Of a DNA stretch of 27,323 nt, positions 1 through 7,492 are shown piece after piece (the first letter of the stretch is position 1; the number at the start of each line of letters is the position of its first letter). Origin of the DNA: Thiohalobacter sp. (GTDB taxonomy: Bacteria; Pseudomonadota; Gammaproteobacteria; Thiohalobacterales; Thiohalobacteraceae). A program made the translations under genes and the position numbers. The stretch spans positions 1-27,323 of the forward strand of contig JALVEM010000263.1 of assembly GCA_027030825.1 (NCBI GenBank), given 5' to 3'. The notes under the pieces are model-generated. The model was not told where the DNA came from. It did not search any database and was given only the letters and a program-made list of their open reading frames with translations.

Positions 1-1
1 T

Positions 2-1255
2 CGCCAAGGCAGCTACAGTGAATTCACATACTGGGATCTTCCTGCACTACTGAACGAGAGTCCCACACGAGCGGACGTCGATGCACTGAGCAGTGAACTC
101 GTCGATTCGGTTTCAGGCATTGCAGAACGATACGATGATCCCCTGTTCGATCTCACGGGAGGCTTCGACTCGAGAGCCATTGTGGGCGCCGCCATGCGCA
201 GCGGCATGAAATGCATCCATACCGATGTCACAGGCCCTCCGACCAGCAGGGATGTCTCGATCGCCAATCTCGTCGCGAAAACCTTCGGCTTCGATCATCG
301 AACACTGCCTGGCGGCTTCGATGACTTCGATGCCTGGTTCACCACTGCATCCGATGCCCTGACATTCACAGACGGTGAATACGACATCATGGAATATGCA
401 AACGTCATGCGGGTGCATCGCCAGATGGCACCGCTCTTCTCGTGCAGCGTGAACGGCTCTGCAGGGGAAGCATATCGTGGGTACTGGTGGGAACTGCTCC
501 TCCCCTTGCCGACCCGCCGGGGCGGATTCGACGCCAGAAGGCTGGCCAGCGCCCGCTTCATTACCACGGATATCGCATGCGACCTCGTACCCGACCGCGA
601 TCATGCAGCGATGGTCGATCACTTCGCGAACGTCATCGAGCGCACCATCGCCCCCCTGGGTGAAGCGAGACAGACCGCCTGCATGGACTACATCTACCTG
701 GTCATGCGAATGCAGCGATGGCAGGGCAGAATAGCCAGCTCGACCATGAGAATCTGGAACTGTTTCTCCCCCCTGGCATTCAGGCCGTTGCTGGAGCTCG
801 GCATCACGGTCCGTTTCATGGACAAGGTGAACAATCGTCTCATGCGTCGGTTGATCCTCAACCTGGACCGGGATCTGGCCCGCCTGCCGCTTTCCGGCGG
901 CTATCCGGCCACCCCGCTCGATTTCAGGACGTTGCCGCTCTACCTGCCCATGATCACCGAGTTCTCCAAACGGCTCGGCAGGCGCATGGCAAGAAAACTC
1001 TCTGCCTCCCCCTACGAGCCGCCTGCACACCTGAGCACCGACGTCAAGGATGTATTCGTGAATGAAAGAAGCAAAAGCCTTCTGACGCCGGAATCCATGG
1101 CCAGCAGCCGCCTGCTCGACGAACACGGGCTCGTCAGGTTCCTTGAGCATGCACGCAACGAACCGGCACGCTACAGAAGGCATATTGGACGGCTCATCAC
1201 CCTGGAACTGTTGGTCAGAAAGATCGATACCATCCGCCCAGTCCTCTCCGCCTGA
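2..1255 (+). CDS. Asparagine synthetase-like (AsnB C-terminal, ATP pyrophosphatase) protein, 5'-truncated by the window edge
   Basis: The frame is open from base 2 (RQGSYSEFTYWDLP...), upstream of the tracked start at 182. It has a PP-loop-like motif DLTGGFDSR at 149-175 (cf. SGGLDS), the SGSAGE-like stretch NGSAGEAYRGYWW and a C-terminal SPLAFRPLLE. Stop TGA at 1253-1255. Confidence 0.8.
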   Translation, partial: RQGSYSEFTYWDLPALLNESPTRADVDALSSELVDSVSGIAERYDDPLFDLTGGFDSRAIVGAAMRSGMKCIHTDVTGPPTSRDVSIANLVAKTFGFDHRTLPGGFDDFDAWFTTASDALTFTDGEYDIMEYANVMRVHRQMAPLFSCSVNGSAGEAYRGYWWELLLPLPTRRGGFDARRLASARFITTDIACDLVPDRDHAAMVDHFANVIERTIAPLGEARQTACMDYIYLVMRMQRWQGRIASSTMRIWNCFSPLAFRPLLELGITVRFMDKVNNRLMRRLILNLDRDLARLPLSGGYPATPLDFRTLPLYLPMITEFSKRLGRRMARKLSASPYEPPAHLSTDVKDVFVNERSKSLLTPESMASSRLLDEHGLVRFLEHARNEPARYRRHIGRLITLELLVRKIDTIRPVLSA

Positions 1256-1258
1256 CCA

Positions 1259-1435
1259 TCAGCCGGCTCGCTTGCCCAGTCTGCCGATCAGAAGAACGCC
1301 CACGATGACGAACAACGTCGCCGGCAGGATGAGATAGGCAATCGGCGCGTGCACGACCCGCCATGAGTAATCGAACACGAACAGACACAGGGTAAGAAAC
1401 AATACCAGCAGAACAATTCGCCAGGATCTCGTCAT
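1259..1435 (-). CDS. Small two-TM membrane protein, 58 aa (MTRSWRIVLLVLFLTLCLFVFDYSWRVVHAPIAYLILPATLFVIVGVLLIGRLGKRAG)
   Basis: Translated by hand; it is below the ORF-track cut-off. Its ATG (1435-1433) overlaps the psd-like TGA (ATGA coupling), and it fills the gap to the convergent gene almost exactly (3 bp left). Two hydrophobic helices with basic ends. Confidence 0.75.
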   Translation of the reverse strand: MTRSWRIVLLVLFLTLCLFVFDYSWRVVHAPIAYLILPATLFVIVGVLLIGRLGKRAG

Positions 1436-2166
1436 TGCACGTTCACCGCCTGTCCACCCTGCTCTTCCCGATCAGGCGCTTCCGCCATGATGGTCTCTCC
1501 CGCAATGACACGTTCACCGACTCGCGCAGTCATCGGGATTCGCTCGTTCACTTCCAGAACCACCGTACTCCCCAAAAGAATTCTCCCCAGCCTTTGTCCC
1601 TTGACGACATGATCACCCACCTTGCTCCATACCTCGATCCTTCTCGCAAGATAACTCGTGATCAGGCGCACGCACACATCGTCCCAGACGTCCGTTTCAT
1701 AACAGATGCGCTTCTGGACCGGCGCATGCTTTTCTCTCAGAAATACGAGATTCCTTCCCTCGCCATCCATCAGCTTGTCACCAAGTGAGCTGATCTCGGT
1801 CACCACACCACTGACAGGATGGCGTTGAACATGGACATCCCAGAAGGTCAGTGCAATGACGACGTAACGAACGCCGTCCTTGACCGTGATATCGATCACC
1901 CTTCCGTCGGCGGGCGAAACCATGTTTTCGCCTTCGGGAATGCTGCGCTCCGGATCCCGATAGAAAAACGACAGAAACTCGGGATCGATGTTCCCCGACA
2001 TCACCCATTCACGCACCTGCTCGGTGGGCCAACGATGAAATGGATCGAGGAACGGCTTGATCAGCGCCGAGGGATAGGGAAAGTTTCTCGCCCAATCGAT
2101 CATGGCGAACATACAGGCAGCAACGATCACAGCCTGCAGAAGGCGCTCTATCGATTTTCTATTCAT
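1432..2166 (-). CDS. psd: Phosphatidylserine decarboxylase family (pyruvoyl-dependent) proenzyme, short type
   Basis: N-terminal TM helix, FFYRDPER, SPADG (Asp 1906-1908), DVHVQRHP (His 1831-1833) and self-cleavage motif LLG|STVV (Ser 1567-1569), which would give a 45-aa alpha chain. Confidence 0.88.
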   Translation of the reverse strand: MNRKSIERLLQAVIVAACMFAMIDWARNFPYPSALIKPFLDPFHRWPTEQVREWVMSGNIDPEFLSFFYRDPERSIPEGENMVSPADGRVIDITVKDGVRYVVIALTFWDVHVQRHPVSGVVTEISSLGDKLMDGEGRNLVFLREKHAPVQKRICYETDVWDDVCVRLITSYLARRIEVWSKVGDHVVKGQRLGRILLGSTVVLEVNERIPMTARVGERVIAGETIMAEAPDREEQGGQAVNVQ

Positions 2167-2205
2167 CCCTGTATATGCCTCTTGATGTGCATGAGTTGCA
2201 CAATA

Positions 2206-3543
2206 TCATCGATAGTAGCCACCACCACCGGACCCCTTCCCGTAGGGCGATTCGTGCGCCTGCACCATACCGGAACCGGCAGCTGCCCTCGCCTCACTGT
2301 CCTCGGTCACTTCCTGGTGCTGAATCATCCATTCAAGAATGACCACGATCGCAATGAGATGATAGAGAAGATCGAAATAGGCCAGGCCGATGAATGCGCC
2401 GCCCACAAGGTATCCTACCATGGATGCCTGGACCATTGCCGCAAGATCCCTCGCCCAGTACATGTGTTCGTGTTCCCTGGTGGCCCTCACCACCCTGGAT
2501 GCCGTCCTGAACGACAGGAAGATCAATGCGAGGAACAGCGCCAGACCGACGAAACCATGCTCGCCGAGCACCTCGAAATAGATGCTGTGCGAGTCGTGAT
2601 AATTCTCGGGCTCGGGTGCATATATCTGGAACACCTCCGGCTGGAACACTTCGAACCCGCCCCCGACGATCGGACGATCCAGAGCGAGATTGAAGGCAAA
2701 ACGCCAGGCGTTGATCCTTCCCATCGCCGAGCCATCCTGCTCGTAGGTCTTGATGGTCCCCATGCGCTGCATCCATGCATCTGGCATGAAATTGATGATG
2801 AGCGGTATTGCGATCGAGAATGCCAACAGAAGCGGCAATCGATTCCTGGACTTCAGGATGGTGAACAGAAGCATGGCCGAACCGGCGAGGAAGGCGCCAC
2901 GTGAATAGGTGCTCACGATTGCGATCAGGCAAAGTATCATGATGGCGCCCATGCCCCAGCGGAGCAGTCGCCGGTTCAATGACAGCTGAAGATAGCGTAG
3001 CAGGGGAAATATCACACAAAGCGCAAATGCGATCTCGTTGTTTCCGGAGATGAAGCTGCCAGATGGCCCAAGAACCCTGTGGGCGCCTCCTGTACGCAGG
3101 GCGAACAGCCCTCCCTTGATGCCATAGAACGCGATCGACATCGCAATCACCCAGACCAGGAGCTCCAGGCGCCGCCTGTCCTTCATCAGCATCAGTGTCA
3201 CGAAAATCATGACCTGGATCTTCAGCACCTTCTCCATCTGCCTGAGCGCCGCATCAGGGTAGATGGCGAAAAGTGTCGTGAAACAGGTCCACAGAATGAA
3301 CAGAACCAGCACGACAGTGACCGGCGTCCATGGAATGTCCTTCCGTTCCTTCGAGAAGAACATGGAGACGAGCGTGATGCCGGCGACGAGCTGTACGAAG
3401 GGGAAACTGTAGGCGAATCCGTATGCCAGCCGGTGCGGATTCATGTAGCCGATCCACGACCAGACGAGCAGCCCCACATGAGGCCGCATGATCATGTAGG
3501 GAATCAGGCCGAATATGACCAGCGATACCGCTATGTCACGCAT
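2206..3543 (-). CDS. Putative O-glycosylation ligase, exosortase A-associated (TIGR03097-like, O-antigen ligase/Wzy_C family)
   Basis: Characteristic N-terminus MRD...RPHVGLLVWSWIGYMNPHRL; multi-TM; TYSRGAFL, RPIVGGGF and HSIYFEVLGEHGFVGL motifs. Confidence 0.88.
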   Translation of the reverse strand: MRDIAVSLVIFGLIPYMIMRPHVGLLVWSWIGYMNPHRLAYGFAYSFPFVQLVAGITLVSMFFSKERKDIPWTPVTVVLVLFILWTCFTTLFAIYPDAALRQMEKVLKIQVMIFVTLMLMKDRRRLELLVWVIAMSIAFYGIKGGLFALRTGGAHRVLGPSGSFISGNNEIAFALCVIFPLLRYLQLSLNRRLLRWGMGAIMILCLIAIVSTYSRGAFLAGSAMLLFTILKSRNRLPLLLAFSIAIPLIINFMPDAWMQRMGTIKTYEQDGSAMGRINAWRFAFNLALDRPIVGGGFEVFQPEVFQIYAPEPENYHDSHSIYFEVLGEHGFVGLALFLALIFLSFRTASRVVRATREHEHMYWARDLAAMVQASMVGYLVGGAFIGLAYFDLLYHLIAIVVILEWMIQHQEVTEDSEARAAAGSGMVQAHESPYGKGSGGGGYYR

Positions 3544-3549
3544 GACGTT

Positions 3550-4704
3550 TCAACCCGTCCTGGAATCTGCCGTTCGATCGACCGGAAAGCCGTTTTCCAG
3601 CATGAGCGAATCCATGAAGAACTTGGCCGCCCAGTTCGGCACCCGCCAGCGCATGTACTCGCCATAGACGGGGTAAGACCCCTGGATGCCGCCACGCAAT
3701 CCATCGTCGGCGTCATCGAGGGATTGCACGCTCATGTTGTAGGCATTTGCCTCCCTGGCCGCTTTCGCCAGCCTTGCATTGCCGGCCACCTCGTCGATTC
3801 TCTGCCAGTTGAGCGCCATCTGCGAATTTCCAGTCAGGCAGCTCCACCTGGCTGCCGGCTGCCACTCCGAATCCAGGCGGCCCGGCAGGGCGCCATCCCG
3901 GCGCTGCGCAGCCGCCACATTCTCCGCAGCAAGAACAGCGAGATCGATGAAATCGTCCCTGTCGGCGGCGACGCCGACTTCGAGAATGCCCCTGACCGCA
4001 TAGGCGATGGTGTGCGTCAGCGGCCTTGAATTGTCCGTCAGGCAGTTGTCCGGCATCCAGCCGTTCCCGTGAGCACGGCGCGCGACCCAGTCGACATTCT
4101 TCACGGCAGCATCCAGCCATTCCTGTCTTCCGAGCACCTCCCATGCCCTGACCAGCCCGAAAGCGACACGCGTGTTGTAGGTATTCACTTCGTGGCTTGC
4201 GAAGGGCGAGGCATGCCTTCGCCAGGCCCCGTCGTCATCCTGTACTTTCACCAGCCAGTCGGATGCCTTCGTCAGGGAATCCGCAAATACCGGATCCCGG
4301 GTTTCCTCATAGGCCCTGGCCCAGCCGAAAAGCACCTGTCCCGTATTGAATATGGTCGGCGCCTTGATATCGGCATCCATCGTGCCTGCAAGCACGCCAC
4401 CCTCATCGAGCTGAATTTCGGATTCCCACCGGGCCATGCGTTCGGCACGTTCGGCGAACTCCCGGTTTCCAGAATAGGCGGCGTAGTCGTACAGGGTCGT
4501 GATGATGTACCCCGTGGTCTCTGGATAGGAAGCCGACCACTCGCCGGCCTTGATGTCATAGCTCGCGGACACGCCATCGTCTGCCGTGGCATCCTGCGCC
4601 CGAGCCAGCCATTCCGCAGCAGCCGCCAGATGCGTATCGGGATCACGCGGCTTTCGACGTCCGATATCCAGTCCTTCAGCCAATGCCTTGATGATTCTTC
4701 TCAT
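3550..4704 (-). CDS. Uncharacterised (alpha/alpha)-toroid protein (prenyltransferase/squalene-cyclase-like repeats) of polysaccharide loci
   Basis: Motifs SYPETTGYII, FNTGQVLFGW, WLVKVQDDDGAW (QW-repeat-like), LTHTIAY, CLTG and PNWAAKFFMD. No signal peptide. ATGA overlap with the upstream gene. Confidence 0.7.
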   Translation of the reverse strand: MRRIIKALAEGLDIGRRKPRDPDTHLAAAAEWLARAQDATADDGVSASYDIKAGEWSASYPETTGYIITTLYDYAAYSGNREFAERAERMARWESEIQLDEGGVLAGTMDADIKAPTIFNTGQVLFGWARAYEETRDPVFADSLTKASDWLVKVQDDDGAWRRHASPFASHEVNTYNTRVAFGLVRAWEVLGRQEWLDAAVKNVDWVARRAHGNGWMPDNCLTDNSRPLTHTIAYAVRGILEVGVAADRDDFIDLAVLAAENVAAAQRRDGALPGRLDSEWQPAARWSCLTGNSQMALNWQRIDEVAGNARLAKAAREANAYNMSVQSLDDADDGLRGGIQGSYPVYGEYMRWRVPNWAAKFFMDSLMLENGFPVDRTADSRTG

Positions 4705-5906
4705 GCCTGTCCCGCCACGTTTCCGATTCTGATTCTCCCCAGCCTTTTGGTCAGTCGCCTGTACCCTTCATACAGCCCAGGAAGCGGGTCGCTCCATCGC
4801 CATACGGAATCCACTCCGCTTCCGGGTGATACATGACACTGCCTGCCCTGCCTTTCTGCTGACCACCTGGGCATGTGCCTGTCGCGCCAGATTCTGACTC
4901 TTCGCGTCCTCTTCTGTTCGGGTATCTCGCCCTTGACCAGATCGGCGTACATCGCCCACGGAAGATTCACACCGTTGAGTGCTGCCACTTCTTCCTGATA
5001 ATCGGTTCTGCCGATGGTGGGCTCGATCATGTAGAATCTGCCATTGACTGCATGCCGCTTGAATTCCATGCTGCCCATGCCGACAAGGCCGATTGCAGCC
5101 ACGAATCTCTCCGTTTCGCTTCGAACGGCCTCGATCACATCGCCATCGAGCTCGGGCATGCAACTTGCCGTTCCACCGGTTCCGGGCGGCCATGAATACA
5201 GCTTCCTGCCGACGAACGCGGCGTCCATGTGCCCCGGCCGGCTGCAGTAGAACAGGCAGAAACGAATCTCCTCGTCCCCTCCAGGCACCCATTCCTGCAC
5301 AACCACTTCGTCGACATGAGGGAACACCTCTTCGAAGACCCTGGCGAGCTCTTCCCGATCGTGCACGAAATAGGCCTTTCTGCAATGCCTGGCATAGGCA
5401 TCGTTCTTCACCGACGGCTTGACGATGCAGGGGAATTCCACCGCAGACACGTCCTCGTATGTACTCCTGTCGACTGTCCAGGTTCCCGGCACCAGAAACC
5501 CGTGCTTCTTCGCCAGCGCGTCGAATCCGGATTTCGACGTGAGCCTCTCCAGCAACTGTCCGTCCGGCAGTTTGTATCGGCAGCAGGAGGCAAGATCCTT
5601 ATGGTGGCGCACCAGCGTTTCAACCGTGCGTTCCTCCGTCGGAAACAGTACCGGCCTTTCCCTCGCCCTGTCGGACAACTGCTGGATCTGCTTCACGAGA
5701 CTCCGACCTGAAAGCGATTCCACCCGACGGAAACGGGCATGCCGGGTCAGACGATAGGGCGAATCCGACCGGTCGTGCAGCGCCAGCACCGGCACGCGCC
5801 TGCGGGACAGGCTCCTGGCCACACCCAGACCATTGATGTCGAGACCAATGACGATGGCTACGGGCTGCCTGCTCTTTTCGAGTAACGATTCGGTAACCAT
5901 CTGCAC
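4701..5906 (-). CDS. ATP-grasp carboxylate-amine ligase (D-aspartate ligase-like)
   Basis: N-terminal GLDINGLGVARSL; ATP-grasp motifs CIVKPS, VVQEWVPG and MEFKR...FYMIEPTIGR. Start is GTG 5906 or ATG 5900, with an in-frame stop shortly upstream. Confidence 0.85.
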   Translation of the reverse strand: MQMVTESLLEKSRQPVAIVIGLDINGLGVARSLSRRRVPVLALHDRSDSPYRLTRHARFRRVESLSGRSLVKQIQQLSDRARERPVLFPTEERTVETLVRHHKDLASCCRYKLPDGQLLERLTSKSGFDALAKKHGFLVPGTWTVDRSTYEDVSAVEFPCIVKPSVKNDAYARHCRKAYFVHDREELARVFEEVFPHVDEVVVQEWVPGGDEEIRFCLFYCSRPGHMDAAFVGRKLYSWPPGTGGTASCMPELDGDVIEAVRSETERFVAAIGLVGMGSMEFKRHAVNGRFYMIEPTIGRTDYQEEVAALNGVNLPWAMYADLVKGEIPEQKRTRRVRIWRDRHMPRWSAERQGRQCHVSPGSGVDSVWRWSDPLPGLYEGYRRLTKRLGRIRIGNVAGQA

Positions 5907-5982
5907 GAGGATGCGAATGATCCATACGCCCCATCATCCACCATCGGATGAGGCTCTAGTTATCAGCTCGACCAGTCCATGT

Positions 5983-7476
5983 TCAGAATGCAACTACGGC
6001 GCTCACGAACACCATGTTCATGCTGTAATCGGTGGTGGCGGCACCGCTTCTCTTCTCGTAGATGTAACCCAGAGAAGAATCGACGTTCTTCATGAATCGA
6101 TGCCGGGCCATGAGGGAGGCCCGTCTGAACCGACTGTCCAGACCAGTGCTCGCACTCCTGCTGGCGACATCCAATCTCAGCTCGGCATTCGTATAGGGAC
6201 GAATCCTTCTCGTCGCCTTCAATACATAACCAGTGAACTCGTCCTTCGATGCATCCTTCTGGAACTCGCGACGGGCGTCGTAGAGGCGCAGTGAGAGGCT
6301 GGTCCTGGCCCCTTCGTAGAAAAGCGTGCCTTCCAGCCGCTTGCCGAGATAGGTCGTCACCGAGAATGACGGCAGGACATAGTCCGAGAGAGAGAGGACA
6401 TCACCTGTTTCCTCGCCCCCGAGCGCCTGCAGGCTGCCTTGAACCCTCTCGGTATCCAGGCGGGTGAGCAATTGCGTTACCGTGGTCAATTCCTCCGCGT
6501 ATTTTGCGCTGAAACCGAAATGTGCTCCACGATGAAAAATCTCGAAGCGTCTGCTGTTGCCAAAGTACCTTCTTCCAAAGGCCACATCCACCATGGTAAA
6601 GGCCCCGGGTCGCCAGACCGCGCCCAGGAACCACAGACTTCCTTCCGGTGCCTTCACGCCGGGCGCCACCTCGAACCGGTTCTTCTCCCGCCCACCCTGG
6701 GCGTAGAACTGATATTTGATGGTTGGCGCATAGCGGAGATCCAGCAATGCCCGCTCGAATGTCGAGTCGGACAGGATCTCGCGCTTGACCTCGTTTCTTC
6801 GATAGGTGACTTTCCATGTCAAATCCTGCCCAGCCGATGGATTGTTGCCGACATCGAGAAACCACTGTTCCTGTGTGCGGTCCTGAAGCCCTCCCTTCTT
6901 GAACGCAACCTTTCTGAAATTTGCACCGGCGCGTACCGCGAGATCTCTTCCGAACTCGTGACGCATATAGGGCGACAGGGCCAGTGACCAGACATCCGAG
7001 CGGTTGTCGGTCACCGGAATGTTGTCATATCCGACCCTGCCGTCGGGTGTGATGGAATGCTGCGTATAGAACGCATCCCCGTCCAGATACAGCCATTGCT
7101 CGACGAGCTCCGACTGCGCCGCGGCCTCCAGCTTGTGGTAAAGCTCGTTGCGCGAGCTGTCCCTGGCATAGAAGAGCCCTTCCATCCTGTAATCGGCAAC
7201 AGCCGAGAATCTCCTGGTGCGATCGGTCAGGCTGACTCCAGGTATGATCGCCGTCACGAATTCGGATTCCGGATTCACCTCGGTCAGCGTGATGTTGTCG
7301 GTCCAGGTTCCGGAGAGGGCGACGGTGGGCAGGATCGTCATTCCGGCACGCTGGCTTGCACCGGTATCGTCGGCGGTTTCGGCCGCAAGATTGCCGGACA
7401 TGAGCAGGAATATCAGGGACCAGCGCAGATCGAGTCCATTTCGGGCAGACATGCGGTTCTTCCGGATCAGCAGCAT
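5983..7476 (-). CDS. PEP-CTERM system-associated outer-membrane beta-barrel protein (TIGR03016-like)
   Basis: Signal peptide; PTVALSGTWTDNI...SEFVTAIIPG N-terminus; alternating beta-strands; C-terminal Phe (VSAVVAF); GGAGG RBS upstream of 7476. Confidence 0.82.
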   Translation of the reverse strand: MLLIRKNRMSARNGLDLRWSLIFLLMSGNLAAETADDTGASQRAGMTILPTVALSGTWTDNITLTEVNPESEFVTAIIPGVSLTDRTRRFSAVADYRMEGLFYARDSSRNELYHKLEAAAQSELVEQWLYLDGDAFYTQHSITPDGRVGYDNIPVTDNRSDVWSLALSPYMRHEFGRDLAVRAGANFRKVAFKKGGLQDRTQEQWFLDVGNNPSAGQDLTWKVTYRRNEVKREILSDSTFERALLDLRYAPTIKYQFYAQGGREKNRFEVAPGVKAPEGSLWFLGAVWRPGAFTMVDVAFGRRYFGNSRRFEIFHRGAHFGFSAKYAEELTTVTQLLTRLDTERVQGSLQALGGEETGDVLSLSDYVLPSFSVTTYLGKRLEGTLFYEGARTSLSLRLYDARREFQKDASKDEFTGYVLKATRRIRPYTNAELRLDVASRSASTGLDSRFRRASLMARHRFMKNVDSSLGYIYEKRSGAATTDYSMNMVFVSAVVAF

Positions 7477-7492
7477 CAGTTTCCCTCCCTCG

